From Synechococcales cyanobacterium (GTDB lineage: Bacteria; Cyanobacteriota; Cyanobacteriia; Leptolyngbyales; Leptolyngbyaceae), in the NCBI GenBank assembly GCA_043764895.1, contig JAYUJY010000174.1, positions 412 to 64,411 on the forward strand: a stretch of DNA of 64,000 nucleotides, read 5' to 3'. A model generated the notes under the pieces. The model saw only the letters and a program-made list of their open reading frames with translations, did no database searches and was not told the DNA's origin. Every line of letters begins with the position of its first letter. Positions within the stretch are counted from its first letter, which is position 1. A program made the translations under genes and the position numbers. Positions 9,745-19,912 of this stretch are shown here, piece after piece.

Positions 9745-11322
9745 TTACACCGAAGACTTTATTGGAATCCAAATCCGAAATTCCGTTCCCTGACCTATTT
9801 TTGAGCAGCATTTTAGGGTTCCTTTATGTTTTTCGACAATAATCTGGTAGCTGATAGATAAGCCCAAGCCAGTGCCTTTTCCAACAGGCTTTGTCGTAAA
9901 AAAGGGATCAAATAAACGATGCTGAATTTTCTCTAGAATTCCAATTCCATTGTCAATGATGCGAATCATCACGCCATCAGATTCGATCGCAGTACAGATC
10001 TGAATTTCTGGTTGTTTAATAAGTTTTTGTTGACAAGCCGACTCCATAGCGTCAATAGAATTGCTCAGTAGATTCATAAAAACTTGGTTGAGAAGACCCG
10101 CTGCACAGTCTATCAACGGCAAGTCAGCATATTGCTTGATCAGTATAATAGGAGGATGGTCGTAGCACGCTTTAAGCCGATACTGTAAAATAAGTAAGGT
10201 ACTTTCAAGGCCATCATGAATGTTTACCTGTTTAAATTCCGATTCATCCATGCGTGAGAAATTTCTGAGCGACAGCACAATATCCTGAATTCGACTCGCA
10301 CCCACTTGCATGGATGAAATAACTTGTAAAAAATCAATTTTCAAGAAATCGAACTCGATCTCATCCAATGTATGTTGGACGGATTTTGTTAAAACTGGAT
10401 AGGCAGTTTGGTAGACTGAAACTAGTTTAAATAAATCGTTTGTGTACTTGCTTACATAGGTTAAATTACCATAGATAAAGTTAACTGGATTATTGATTTC
10501 ATGGGCGATTCCGGCGACAAGCTGCCCGAGAGACGACATCTTTTCGGTTTGAATCAATTGACTTTGGGTCGATCGCAGCTTAGAAAGCGTCGTCTTTAAA
10601 GTTTCAGCTTGATCGTGAGTGGCTTGATACAATAACGCTTGCCCGATCGCACCCGTTACCTGTGCGAGCAAGTTCGATAAGACCACTAAATAATCAGCTT
10701 GGGCCGTCACGCGCGCGAATAGCGTTGCTTGATGGGCCGTATTGCCAACTGCAATTAAATATTGAGAAGTGGCATGAGTCGATCGAATCGGACAAAGAAT
10801 AAATTCGTCCATCCCCAACGTAGACCCTAAGTTAGGTTCGATCGGGGCATCAAGGGGACTTAAAATAAAATCTTGACCATCACTTCGATTTTTCAATCCT
10901 CCTAAACAAGGCCAGTCTAAAAGGGATAGCGTAAACTCGATCGGAGCTTCATCATCATCATAGCCGTCCCACAAAAAAGCCCTGAATACGTCTGAAGGAT
11001 CAGTATTTGACAACACATCCCGTTTAAAAATTAAGCATCGCTCAAAATTGAGATCGTACAGCATAAACTCCATAGCAATGGTTAATATTTCCGTCGGGAC
11101 AAACGTTGCTTTAAGGCGTTTTGCAATTTCATTGAGTTTCCGATAAAAATTAACTTGTACATCAAGTTTATTCTGAAACTCAATCATCGATCGTTCGACT
11201 TGAACCAGCCGTGTTACTTGGGCAACAAGCTGCTGATTAGAGGTCTCGACATGCTGTAAAGTACTCAGTTTATTGCGCAGTTTTTGGTTTTCAGCCTGAA
11301 GCCTTTCTAGTTCGAGGTTCAT
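9745..11322 (-). CDS. Sensor histidine kinase with N-terminal coiled coil and GAF-like region
   Basis: H-box GIAHEINNPVNF, N-box NLLSNSIDA, G-boxes DNGIGI/GKGTGLGLS. Confidence 0.85.
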   Translation of the reverse strand: MNLELERLQAENQKLRNKLSTLQHVETSNQQLVAQVTRLVQVERSMIEFQNKLDVQVNFYRKLNEIAKRLKATFVPTEILTIAMEFMLYDLNFERCLIFKRDVLSNTDPSDVFRAFLWDGYDDDEAPIEFTLSLLDWPCLGGLKNRSDGQDFILSPLDAPIEPNLGSTLGMDEFILCPIRSTHATSQYLIAVGNTAHQATLFARVTAQADYLVVLSNLLAQVTGAIGQALLYQATHDQAETLKTTLSKLRSTQSQLIQTEKMSSLGQLVAGIAHEINNPVNFIYGNLTYVSKYTNDLFKLVSVYQTAYPVLTKSVQHTLDEIEFDFLKIDFLQVISSMQVGASRIQDIVLSLRNFSRMDESEFKQVNIHDGLESTLLILQYRLKACYDHPPIILIKQYADLPLIDCAAGLLNQVFMNLLSNSIDAMESACQQKLIKQPEIQICTAIESDGVMIRIIDNGIGILEKIQHRLFDPFFTTKPVGKGTGLGLSISYQIIVEKHKGTLKCCSKIGQGTEFRIWIPIKSSV

Positions 11323-11349
11323 TGGACATTAATGGGTGAAACGGTGAAT

Positions 11350-12543
11350 TTATGAATAGATAGCAACTAGGACGAGCGTATAGTTGTGAAATGTGTTTCG
11401 TTGTCCGATCGGGGCGATTTCCCCATGGGAATAGAAGCCAATCCAAGGGAGATCTGTGCCAATACTGTTCTGGAGTTGATGGAGATTCTGATGCTTTTGA
11501 TTCTCTGTTAAAACTGATTTTCCTCGACCATAGCAATCAAACTGAAAGATCAACTTTGGCGATCGTCCGTCAAGTTGATCCTTAATAGATTGAGCCAGTT
11601 TTTCGGTGCCTTGGTAGATGAGTTCTTGGTCGCGTCGCATCACCCAAATGCTAGTTCCTTCAAACACCTCTGTTTGTAAGATTACTGCTCCCGCTGCTTC
11701 ATCTTTACGAGGTAAATAGCGAATCGCAAACTCGTCCTCACCCTGAAGTTTAAACCCGAAGCAAAAGGAAACCATGGTGCGATCCCATCGAGCCAGCTCG
11801 TCCTCCCTGAAGTACTGCCGCAGCACTTCAAAAACGGGTCTATGATCGAGTTCATAAATCATGTTGTCTGTCGCACGCGTGATTTTGTACTCAGTGCCGA
11901 TCGGAACACAGCCATGATTTGCGGCCCATGCAACTTGAGCGGTGCCAGACATAAGTGCAACAACGGTCCCATCCGTCAACACGCGATCGTCACAAAACTG
12001 GTACGTTAGTTTCATGTCTAAATTACTACCCGCAGCCCCGCCTAAGATGGGCAAGAAGTTTTGTGTTTGCAGCGTAGACTGTAGGCCCGTCGCAAGTCTA
12101 TCAAAGTTGAGGGTCAGCCCATCGGTAAAGAGGAATAGGGCGATCGGATTAGTCGGCATATCTATCTGAATCTTACGGCCCAAGGCTTTTCCCACCTGCT
12201 CAAAACTCAGTCTCTCAGAATCAGTTTCCTGATGATGCGTAAGGTGAGTTTTAAAGTGCAATTCATCAGACCTAATCACCATTACAGCAACAGAAAAACT
12301 AGATTCGTCTGCCTCTCCCTGTACGATCACGCCTTGCCCAGAGCAGCCGACCAAAGGACATCCTCCGGTCACTTGCCTAACGGCGGACAATAATTTTTCT
12401 GGATTGTATCCTAGTGAAGCGAAAAGTAGGACAAAATCCGGCTCCTCAGTTCCCGCCGCAAGAAATGCTTTTTTAACAGCCTCTTGAGCAGCTTTAACGG
12501 CGTTTCGCTGGTGACTAACTCCAACTCCAGTGAGCGTTCCCAT
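11350..12543 (-). CDS. FIST-domain signal-sensing protein
   Basis: 397-aa ORF with FIST_N/FIST_C-like layout (PDFVLLFAS...GCPLVGCSGQGVI...FLPILGGAAG...SHGEIAP). Sits directly upstream of the kinase. Confidence 0.75.
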   Translation of the reverse strand: MGTLTGVGVSHQRNAVKAAQEAVKKAFLAAGTEEPDFVLLFASLGYNPEKLLSAVRQVTGGCPLVGCSGQGVIVQGEADESSFSVAVMVIRSDELHFKTHLTHHQETDSERLSFEQVGKALGRKIQIDMPTNPIALFLFTDGLTLNFDRLATGLQSTLQTQNFLPILGGAAGSNLDMKLTYQFCDDRVLTDGTVVALMSGTAQVAWAANHGCVPIGTEYKITRATDNMIYELDHRPVFEVLRQYFREDELARWDRTMVSFCFGFKLQGEDEFAIRYLPRKDEAAGAVILQTEVFEGTSIWVMRRDQELIYQGTEKLAQSIKDQLDGRSPKLIFQFDCYGRGKSVLTENQKHQNLHQLQNSIGTDLPWIGFYSHGEIAPIGQRNTFHNYTLVLVAIYS

Positions 12544-12686
12544 GATTTATTTCTCCGTTAATTCTGCGTATCAACATCAACTATAAGCCGCTGTATTTAA
12601 GCGGCCTAAATCTGTGTATTGATAGAGTTCCCTAATGTATTAACAACAGAACATGCGATTAATCACACTAAAGTTAGAGATTATGG

Positions 12687-13706
12687 CTAAATACTGGGTT
12701 TTTGAGCCACGATCGTGCGGTGACGAGGGTCTGATTCGACGGTGTGACCGTTGACAAACCCTGTGTTTGTCAGGGCTGCTTCAATGTCAAAGGTATAGTA
12801 ATCGTCTGTCCAGGGTTCTGTACTTTTCATTAGAGTAAAGAGCACGGGCGGAAGGCTCTGAATCACTTGAGAGTATGGATTGTTATCGACGATCGCACAG
12901 GTTCCGCCCGGTCTGAGAATCCGGTTGATTTCTTGAAAAATTTCCACCGTGGCCGATCGAGGCAATTCATGCAAAACAAATTGCAGCGTCACTAAGTCAA
13001 ACGATTCATTGGCAAACCCTGTAGCTTCAGCTCGTCCATGAATCCAGGCGGCAATCTTATGCTCTGGGTCTCTCTGTTGGGCGATCGCTAACATATAAGG
13101 GGACAAGTCAAATCCAGTCGTGTAGACCGGGCTATTTTGCTGGGATTGATAATAGTGATGGAGCGTCAATGTTGATATTCCAACGCTACAGCCGATGTCT
13201 AGAATATCGATCGCAGTGACCTGTTGATCCGCTAAAACTTGATGAAAACTCGATCGCAATCGGGCCTGTGCCTCAACGGCTGTTAGTGCTTCTTCTTTCC
13301 AGATGCGGAGGGCCATGGAATAAGTTGCAGACTCCGCTTCAAAAGCCGCATCCCAACAAAGATTTCCGTCATCATAGGCATGGAACGGAACTTGATAATA
13401 ATCAGGATATTGAATCGTTGGGTTGGTCACATTTTTTAGGGTCGATTGGATTCCCGAAGCCTTTAACCGTTCGTAATTTTCACGCCAAGGAATGCCATTT
13501 TTTTCAGCCGTCTTAATCAAGACCTGACGAGCTTGCTGCTTCATTACGCTGTAAATAGGCTTCGTCTTGATCAAACGGTTGACGACCCGAGATAACAGGT
13601 TTTCCCCAGCCCAATCCGGCTTTTGCTTTTTGACCGTGGCTTCTTGACCTGTGGCTTTTTGACCTGTGGCTTCTTGACCTGTGAAGTGTTGCATTTCAGC
13701 GCTCAT
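12687..13706 (-). CDS. Class I SAM-dependent methyltransferase
   Basis: Motif I ILDIGCSVGIST and post-I/II motifs (LRPGGTCAIVD). The N-terminus carries a 15-bp in-frame tandem repeat (ATGQE/K x3). Confidence 0.8.
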   Translation of the reverse strand: MSAEMQHFTGQEATGQKATGQEATVKKQKPDWAGENLLSRVVNRLIKTKPIYSVMKQQARQVLIKTAEKNGIPWRENYERLKASGIQSTLKNVTNPTIQYPDYYQVPFHAYDDGNLCWDAAFEAESATYSMALRIWKEEALTAVEAQARLRSSFHQVLADQQVTAIDILDIGCSVGISTLTLHHYYQSQQNSPVYTTGFDLSPYMLAIAQQRDPEHKIAAWIHGRAEATGFANESFDLVTLQFVLHELPRSATVEIFQEINRILRPGGTCAIVDNNPYSQVIQSLPPVLFTLMKSTEPWTDDYYTFDIEAALTNTGFVNGHTVESDPRHRTIVAQKPSI

Positions 13707-13747
13707 AAGTTAACTGACCCAAATAACCGACCCAAACGAAGCAATTT

Positions 13748-14833
13748 CTATTTTAGCGGGAGTGGGCGCGCGACTACAATTCCGATCGCCCCATCGACAT
13801 TCCCGACATAAGTCGCCAAATCCGGTGATATTTTAATACCCGATCGCACCGACGCGTGCATGAGTCCGGTTCTTGACGATCGCGCTGTTCCATTGGTGTC
13901 AAGACGCTGATACACGATTCCACTATGAGTCACATCCAACTCTTTCATGCGAGTAACAATGCCAACGACATCACCGGGCTGAAGCTTAGAATAATGCTGA
14001 GAAATCTGCTGAGTGGGAATATAAAATACATTCTTCGTCTCGATCGCGGCTTCGGTTTCAGCAATGCAGGTGCGAAATTTTAGAGATGCAACTAAGACTG
14101 GATATTTCCTCCAATTCTGACTCATAAAGGAAAGCGATCGATCTAATGGGACACCCCCAAGCGATTGGCCCAGCTCTTGAACGAGTCCTCGCCTGTTGTG
14201 GTCCAATATCCAGTCTGAAAAATAGTGTAATCGACTGCAATAGTCACCTAAAGTTCCATTGCGATAACGATACTGCTGCAACGCATTAAAAAACAACGTT
14301 TCCGCTTGTGTGTCTGAAAGATTAGGCTGTTGGAACGTCTGCGCTAGAGCTAATACCGTTTCAACAAATAAGACACAATCAAACTGCTGAAGTGATGCGG
14401 TTAAGGTTTCCTGACCTGATCCATTTTGCAATGCATTTCGTGATGTGTTCTGCAATACGCGATCGAGTAAATTTGCCTGATATTCACTGCCTAAAAATGA
14501 TTCGCCAACGCGTTGTGTCAGTGTTCCGATCGGTAAGTTTCTCCAATCTTCAGTTCTAGCACGGCTACGAAGTTGATTAAAGATTTTGCGATCGCTTGGA
14601 CTCAGGGTGACAACGGAAAGGTCGATCGGTTGGGACGATGACACGGATGGCAATGAGAAACGGGATGGCGTAGCACGGGGTATCACCCGAATCTGAGGGG
14701 CTGCACTCACGGCTGTATCATGCATAGAAGACGTCGGTGCCGTGACCCAAAATAGTGCGCCTATCCCACACGATAGACCTCCCAATCCCCCGATCGTCCA
14801 TCGATGCCCCAAAGATCCCATTACACGCCTCAA
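13748..14833 (-). CDS. Secreted DUF1460-like (amidase-like) protein
   Basis: Signal/TM segment near the N-terminus. The blocks FLGSEYQANLLD...FDCVLFVETVLALA...HYFSDWI...THSGIVY resemble the DUF1460 family as I recall it. Confidence 0.45.
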   Translation of the reverse strand: MRRVMGSLGHRWTIGGLGGLSCGIGALFWVTAPTSSMHDTAVSAAPQIRVIPRATPSRFSLPSVSSSQPIDLSVVTLSPSDRKIFNQLRSRARTEDWRNLPIGTLTQRVGESFLGSEYQANLLDRVLQNTSRNALQNGSGQETLTASLQQFDCVLFVETVLALAQTFQQPNLSDTQAETLFFNALQQYRYRNGTLGDYCSRLHYFSDWILDHNRRGLVQELGQSLGGVPLDRSLSFMSQNWRKYPVLVASLKFRTCIAETEAAIETKNVFYIPTQQISQHYSKLQPGDVVGIVTRMKELDVTHSGIVYQRLDTNGTARSSRTGLMHASVRSGIKISPDLATYVGNVDGAIGIVVARPLPLK

Positions 14834-14964
14834 TTCACACTTTATTTCACCTGGGTTACTTTAACATTTCAAGCTACGGTTGAACTAAGTATTGAGCCAA
14901 ATTTTCGACCATCGTGCAATATTCTTCAATATTTCGATTAATATAAGCGTAATACTCCAAACTA

Positions 14965-15417
14965 ATGGAATCTTTTACTATGTTCATCCAATCTTTAAAA
15001 TTCATCGCACTCGGGGTCATGGGTGCGATCGCACTTAACGTCGTCACACCAACCCTTACCTCCGCAAAAGACGCCGCAAAACAGGCTCCACAAGCAGCCA
15101 CGCCTACCGCTAGAAAAGCTGCCCCATCCATTTGGGAGCAACTCAACCTCACCAAAGAACAAAAAGGTAAGCTCCAAGCTCTCCGAACTAAGCGAACCAT
15201 TACCATCAGCAAGGTTCTCAATAAAGATCAAAAAGCGACCTTTGATAAGCTGCGCGGCAAGAAGAAAGTGATGGACATGTTCACGGAACTCAAGCTAGAC
15301 GTAAACCAACAGAAATTGGTAAAGGCAGCGATCCAACAGGCCAATAAGGACATCATCTTAGTCCTCACCCCAGAACAACAAAAGCAACTCAGTGCCCGTA
15401 AGGAATCGGCTGAGTAG
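14965..15417 (+). CDS. Periplasmic Spy/CpxP-like (LTXXQ-motif) protein
   Basis: Signal peptide, then LNLTKEQKGKL and LTPEQQKQL motifs. 150 aa, lysine/glutamine-rich and helical. Confidence 0.55.
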   Translation: MESFTMFIQSLKFIALGVMGAIALNVVTPTLTSAKDAAKQAPQAATPTARKAAPSIWEQLNLTKEQKGKLQALRTKRTITISKVLNKDQKATFDKLRGKKKVMDMFTELKLDVNQQKLVKAAIQQANKDIILVLTPEQQKQLSARKESAE

Positions 15418-15424
15418 TTTTTAG

Positions 15425-15459
15425 GTTTGTCAGGATGAACCTTGATTTATTCTGACAAA
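15425..15459. terminator. Candidate bidirectional hairpin terminator
   Basis: GTTTGTCAG ... CTGACAAA is an 8-9-bp stem with an 18-nt loop, between convergent genes ending at 15417 and 15461. Confidence 0.3.
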
Positions 15460-15460
15460 T

Positions 15461-16828
15461 CTATTCCATAGGTAGACAAATTCTAAATTCAGATCCCTTG
15501 CCCTGAACAGACGTGCAGTCTAACGTTCCATGGTGTTTATCGACGATAATCTGTTGACTAATGGCAAGACCTAATCCTGTGCCACGACCGATCGGTTTGG
15601 TGGTGAAAGACTGCTCAAAAATGCGTTCTCGAATGGATTCTGGAACACCGATTCCATTGTCACGAATGGTAAAATAAACTTCATTTCGATCGACATTAGC
15701 AGATGTAATAATTTCAATCTGCCCGATGTGATTCTTCAAGTGATCGGGCTGCTCATAGTATTCATCAATGGCATCAATCGCATTTGCGATGACATTCATA
15801 AACACTTGATTGAGAGGTCCAGCATAGGCATCAATGGCTGGAATAGCGCCTAAAGAGGAGACGACTTGTATTTCAGGACGAGTGCTGTTGGCTTTCAGAC
15901 GATGCTTCAAAATCATCAGGGTGCTTTCTAACCCGTCATGAATCTGTATTTTCTCCTTTGCATGATCATCCGATCGGGCAAAACTTCGTAGCGACAGGCT
16001 AATTTCCTGAATTCGCGAAGAACTCGTCTGCATTGACTTTAGAAGCTTCGGCAAATCTTCTGCTAGATAGTCTACTTCTATTTCTTCTGAACGAGTTGTT
16101 ATCTGAGGATCGGGCGTTGGGTAAATCTCTTGATATAGAGCGATCAATCCTAAAAGATCTTGAATATAGCTAACGGCATGTTTGATATTTCCGTCAATGC
16201 AGCCAATGGGGTTATTGATTTCATGTCCAATGCCTGCAACAAGCTGCCCCAAGACCGACATTTTTTCACTTTGAATCAGTTGAAGTTGAGCCGTTTGAAG
16301 CTGATTGAGAGAGCCTTCAAGTTCTTGAGTTCGCTCTAGGACGCGCTGTTCAAGACGGTTGTTGAGATAGAATAAGTTGAGATGAAGCTTAATTCGAGCG
16401 AGGACTTCCTCATGTTGAAAAGGCTTGGTAATATAATCAACAGCCCCAAGTTCTAGTCCCTTCACCTTGTCTACTGTATCAGAAAGGGCAGTCATGAAAA
16501 TAATCGGCAGACGCTGCGTTCTTGGGTTAGCTTTGAGCTGACGACAGGTCTCAAAACCGTCAATTCCAGGCATCATGACATCCAGCAAAATCAAGTCGGG
16601 CAGGGCATAGTCTACTTGCTCAATAGCCGACTCACCGTCTGTTGCCACGAGCGTCGTCCAGCCTTGATCGCGAAGGGCATCCGACAAAACTTTTAGGTTG
16701 GTGGGATTATCATCCACAATTAGAATTTTGGGCGTGGATGAAAAATATTCTATTGACCCCTTGCGATCGCTGATCGTCTCACCGATCGTCACCGCGATGG
16801 TCGAAATGGGTTGAGCGCTAGCGATCAT
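15461..16828 (-). CDS. REC-domain histidine kinase (response regulator fused to HisKA/HATPase)
   Basis: REC ([10 protein letters not shown]...[13 protein letters not shown]...KP). H-box [12 protein letters not shown]-boxes [15 protein letters not shown]. The start overlaps the upstream kinase stop (ATGA). Confidence 0.9.
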   Translation of the reverse strand: MIASAQPISTIAVTIGETISDRKGSIEYFSSTPKILIVDDNPTNLKVLSDALRDQGWTTLVATDGESAIEQVDYALPDLILLDVMMPGIDGFETCRQLKANPRTQRLPIIFMTALSDTVDKVKGLELGAVDYITKPFQHEEVLARIKLHLNLFYLNNRLEQRVLERTQELEGSLNQLQTAQLQLIQSEKMSVLGQLVAGIGHEINNPIGCIDGNIKHAVSYIQDLLGLIALYQEIYPTPDPQITTRSEEIEVDYLAEDLPKLLKSMQTSSSRIQEISLSLRSFARSDDHAKEKIQIHDGLESTLMILKHRLKANSTRPEIQVVSSLGAIPAIDAYAGPLNQVFMNVIANAIDAIDEYYEQPDHLKNHIGQIEIITSANVDRNEVYFTIRDNGIGVPESIRERIFEQSFTTKPIGRGTGLGLAISQQIIVDKHHGTLDCTSVQGKGSEFRICLPME

Positions 16829-19716
16829 GATACAGACTCCAAGGGAGCGAAGGATTTAAGGAACTCACGAATCTTTTTAGTTTGAAAACTATTCACAAGC
16901 GGACTCAATGCTGCGACAAAAGGTTCAAGTTCAGGATGATTCTTTGAGATTGTTTCTAGAGTGCCCGAGAGCGTCTGCAAATCACCCATCATTGCCAAAT
17001 GGCGTAGTTTTTCAAGCACGTCTGGACTCGGTGCAATCATCGGACCTGTGGGTTGTTTTGGCAGATGGTTTGTACTTGCAGCGGCACTGGACAAATCCTC
17101 GGCAAGAGCATAGGACCACTCTATGGGAAGAAGCTGGCCTAAGTGCGTGACAAGCTGCTCAAACTGAATGGGTTTGGCCAAGAAACCATTGGCCCCAGCT
17201 TGAAGACTGCGGGTTTGATCAGCCTCAAACACACTGGCGCTGGCGATCAAAATGGGTCGATCGGTCCACTCAGGTTGGGTTCGGAGTTGTTTGACGAGGC
17301 TAGCTCCGTCAAGTTTGGGAAGATTGAGATCGGAGATAGTGAGGTCGGGCTGGAGCGATTGGGCGATGGCTAAACCTGAGGCTCCGTCTTCGGCTTCTGT
17401 GACCTTAAACCCGAGATCTTTGAGCCAGATGGAGAGCAGTTGACGGTTCATCGCATCGTCGTCGATGAGCAGAATGTGCGGGATGAAGTCGGTTAAAGAA
17501 ACGTCTGAATTAGGAATGACTTTGCGACTGAATCCGACAATGCGAGAGGGAGTAATAGCCTCGTGCGATCGGCTAGACGTAATCACCGGAAGCGTGAGGT
17601 CGAAGAAGAAAATACTGCCTTCCCCAGCCTGACTCTGGACTTGGAGTTGGCTCTCCATGAGGTTGACGATGTTGGTACTAATGGCGAGACCCAAGCCAGT
17701 GCCTTCCGATTGTTTGCCCACATCACCCACCTGTTCAAAGGGCAGAAAAATCTTTTCTAACTGCTCAGGCGACATCCCCACTCCAGTGTCTTCGATTTGA
17801 AAGCGTAGCCGTGTGGTGTGATGGACTTTGGGCTGGGCCGCCGTAGACGAGTCGAGTTCGGTGACGCGCAGGGTGACGCTCCCTTGTTCGGTGAATTTAG
17901 TTGCGTTTCCTAAGAGATTAATGAGCACCTGACGCAACCGTTTTTCATCAGATTGGATGCAAATCGGCAGTTGAGCCTGAAAATCCACTTTAAATTGCAA
18001 TGCCTTCTGCTCAGCCCTCACTCGACAAATTTCGACCACGCCCTGCAAAAAAGGCAGCAACATGATTTCGCCGGGAGCCAGTTCGAGTTTGCGCGCTTCG
18101 ATTTTCGAGAGGTCGAGAATGTCGTTAATTAGGGTCAGCAGATGAGTGCCGCACTGGTGAATGATGTTAACGCCTTCTTTTTCTCCTTGGCTAAAAGTCT
18201 TCGATCGGGACAAAATTTGCGCATATCCAAGAATTCCGTTCAGAGGCGTGCGCAACTCGTGACTCATATTGGCCAAAAATTCGCTTTTGGCATGGTTCGC
18301 GGAGTCGGCGCAGTCTTTGGCGATCATCAGTTCTTGGGTGCGTTCTTGGACCTTGAGTTCGAGGGTTTTGGAATAGTTGCGAAGCTGGTGGTTGACAATC
18401 GCGAGCTGGTCGTTGGATTCTTCGAGTTTTTGTTGTTTGTGAGCGAGCGTTAGGGCAATAGCGCTTGTCATCAGGGTGCTAAGGGTCGGCACGACGGGAA
18501 TTAGCCAGCCGGATAAAAAGGCTCCGTAGGCACTTCCTAAAATGACGACAATTCCGGCGCTGGTAACGAAGATAAGGCTGCCTGAGGGAAGACGCTTGCG
18601 CTGCGATCGATCGGCAACGGCCCAACTCACGGCGGTGGCGGCGATCGCCCATGCGGTGATCCAACTATAGGTTAGGGGTGCGGTGAAGCTTTGGAGTTGG
18701 GTGGATTGTTGGAGTGCGCCTGTGGTGAGCTGATGGGCGATATTTGCGTGGATTAGGACGCCGGATGTGGGTTGATCGCCGCCAAACCAGGACTGGCTAT
18801 AGGGACTGCCAAAAAAGTCATTGGTACTCTGAGCAATCGAACCAATCAGAACCATTCGATCACGCAAGGTATCGGGTGAGATGCGATCGGCGAGAATATC
18901 CCGCATTTTGACTTGTTTAAATTTCGTGCTGTCGCCATACCAGTTGAGAAAAATCTGATATCCGCCTAGGTCTTGATTCACGTAACCGCCTTCACTATTG
19001 GCAATCTGTCGATAGTGCGTTTTGCCGAGTTGGTAGTAATTTTTAGCTTCGTCCGTAACCTTGAGTTCGATGCCTTTGGTTTTGAGATGGAGCAGGGCTA
19101 CTTGGGTGGCGAGGCCCGGTTTGATGGTTTTGTTTTCTTTTTCATCATCGGCGGTCAGTAGTGCTCGACGAATCCGACGATCGCCATCTAGGGTGAGATC
19201 CGCAAGGCCCACTTGCCCCAGTTTCTTAAGTTCGGGGGGCGGGGGAACTCGATCGCCGATGATCTTTTCGACGCCGATTAGTGCGGGTGTCGTTTGAAAT
19301 ACTTTTTTGAGGTCGTCGTAGCCTTTCCCGACGGGCAGATCACGGTAGAGATCCATGCCAATGGCGGTGGGTTTTTGAGCGCGAATTTTGGTGATCAGTT
19401 GGGCCAGAACGCTGTCTGGAATAGGCCAGTCCCCAACCTGCTGAAGATCTTGTTCATCAATGGTGACGACAATAATTTCAGATTGTTCTTTAGGGTTTTG
19501 CTGGCTTCGCACCCGAAAAAACGTATCACGGGCTTCCCATTCCGGTAGGTTAAATCCGCCGATCGCTTGGATGCCGACAATACTCAGGGTCACGATCGGC
19601 GCAACGCTAAGACAACGCCGCGATCGATAGGCCCAGCTCTGGCTAATCCAACCCTGACGAAGACTTTTTTGGATCTGGAGGAATTTTGGCAACTGGGGGA
19701 AGCGCAATCGAAACAT
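16825..19716 (-). CDS. CHASE2-sensor hybrid histidine kinase (CHASE2-TM-HisKA-HATPase-REC-HPt-like)
   Basis: CHASE2-like N-terminus ([21 protein letters not shown]...GMDLYRD). H-box [29 protein letters not shown] (ILLIDDD...[11 protein letters not shown]). The start is placed at the ATG at 19716, because the longer ORF to 19848 translates repeat R1. Confidence 0.88.
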   Translation of the reverse strand: MFRLRFPQLPKFLQIQKSLRQGWISQSWAYRSRRCLSVAPIVTLSIVGIQAIGGFNLPEWEARDTFFRVRSQQNPKEQSEIIVVTIDEQDLQQVGDWPIPDSVLAQLITKIRAQKPTAIGMDLYRDLPVGKGYDDLKKVFQTTPALIGVEKIIGDRVPPPPELKKLGQVGLADLTLDGDRRIRRALLTADDEKENKTIKPGLATQVALLHLKTKGIELKVTDEAKNYYQLGKTHYRQIANSEGGYVNQDLGGYQIFLNWYGDSTKFKQVKMRDILADRISPDTLRDRMVLIGSIAQSTNDFFGSPYSQSWFGGDQPTSGVLIHANIAHQLTTGALQQSTQLQSFTAPLTYSWITAWAIAATAVSWAVADRSQRKRLPSGSLIFVTSAGIVVILGSAYGAFLSGWLIPVVPTLSTLMTSAIALTLAHKQQKLEESNDQLAIVNHQLRNYSKTLELKVQERTQELMIAKDCADSANHAKSEFLANMSHELRTPLNGILGYAQILSRSKTFSQGEKEGVNIIHQCGTHLLTLINDILDLSKIEARKLELAPGEIMLLPFLQGVVEICRVRAEQKALQFKVDFQAQLPICIQSDEKRLRQVLINLLGNATKFTEQGSVTLRVTELDSSTAAQPKVHHTTRLRFQIEDTGVGMSPEQLEKIFLPFEQVGDVGKQSEGTGLGLAISTNIVNLMESQLQVQSQAGEGSIFFFDLTLPVITSSRSHEAITPSRIVGFSRKVIPNSDVSLTDFIPHILLIDDDAMNRQLLSIWLKDLGFKVTEAEDGASGLAIAQSLQPDLTISDLNLPKLDGASLVKQLRTQPEWTDRPILIASASVFEADQTRSLQAGANGFLAKPIQFEQLVTHLGQLLPIEWSYALAEDLSSAAASTNHLPKQPTGPMIAPSPDVLEKLRHLAMMGDLQTLSGTLETISKNHPELEPFVAALSPLVNSFQTKKIREFLKSFAPLESVS

Positions 19717-19800
19717 GGGCAATGCGGTGGGAAAGGGCGACAGCGACGAACGGGAAGATAGGCTGTGAAGAGGGAATAGAGCGTGAAAAGGAGAATTTAG

Positions 19801-19873
19801 AAAGCCCCCCAGCCCCCAATTCTGGGGGAGCATGATTCCGAACATCACAGAATTGGGGGTTGAGGGCCGGAAC
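19801..19873. repeat. Palindromic repeat family R1, copy B (reverse orientation)
   Basis: AAAGCCCCCCAGCCCCCAATTCTGGGGGAGCATGATTCCGAA...CAGAATTGGGGGTTGAGGGCCGGAAC matches the reverse complement of 1270-1349. Confidence 0.85.
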
Positions 19874-19912
19874 TTTATGTCTACGCAAAGACCTGAACGA
19901 AGATCTTAGAGG

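Noticed and set aside
14874-15221. 115-aa minus-strand ORF overlapping the Spy/CpxP-like gene
   Set aside because: The + strand ORF has a signal peptide and LTXXQ motifs. The minus-strand ORF has no features and would leave the intergenic layout implausible.
19717-19848. A 44-codon N-terminal extension of the CHASE2 kinase ORF ([15 protein letters not shown]...)
   Set aside because: The extension is simply the translation of the palindromic repeat R1, which also occurs in a clearly non-coding position at 1270-1349. The downstream ATG at 19716 gives a normal kinase N-terminus.
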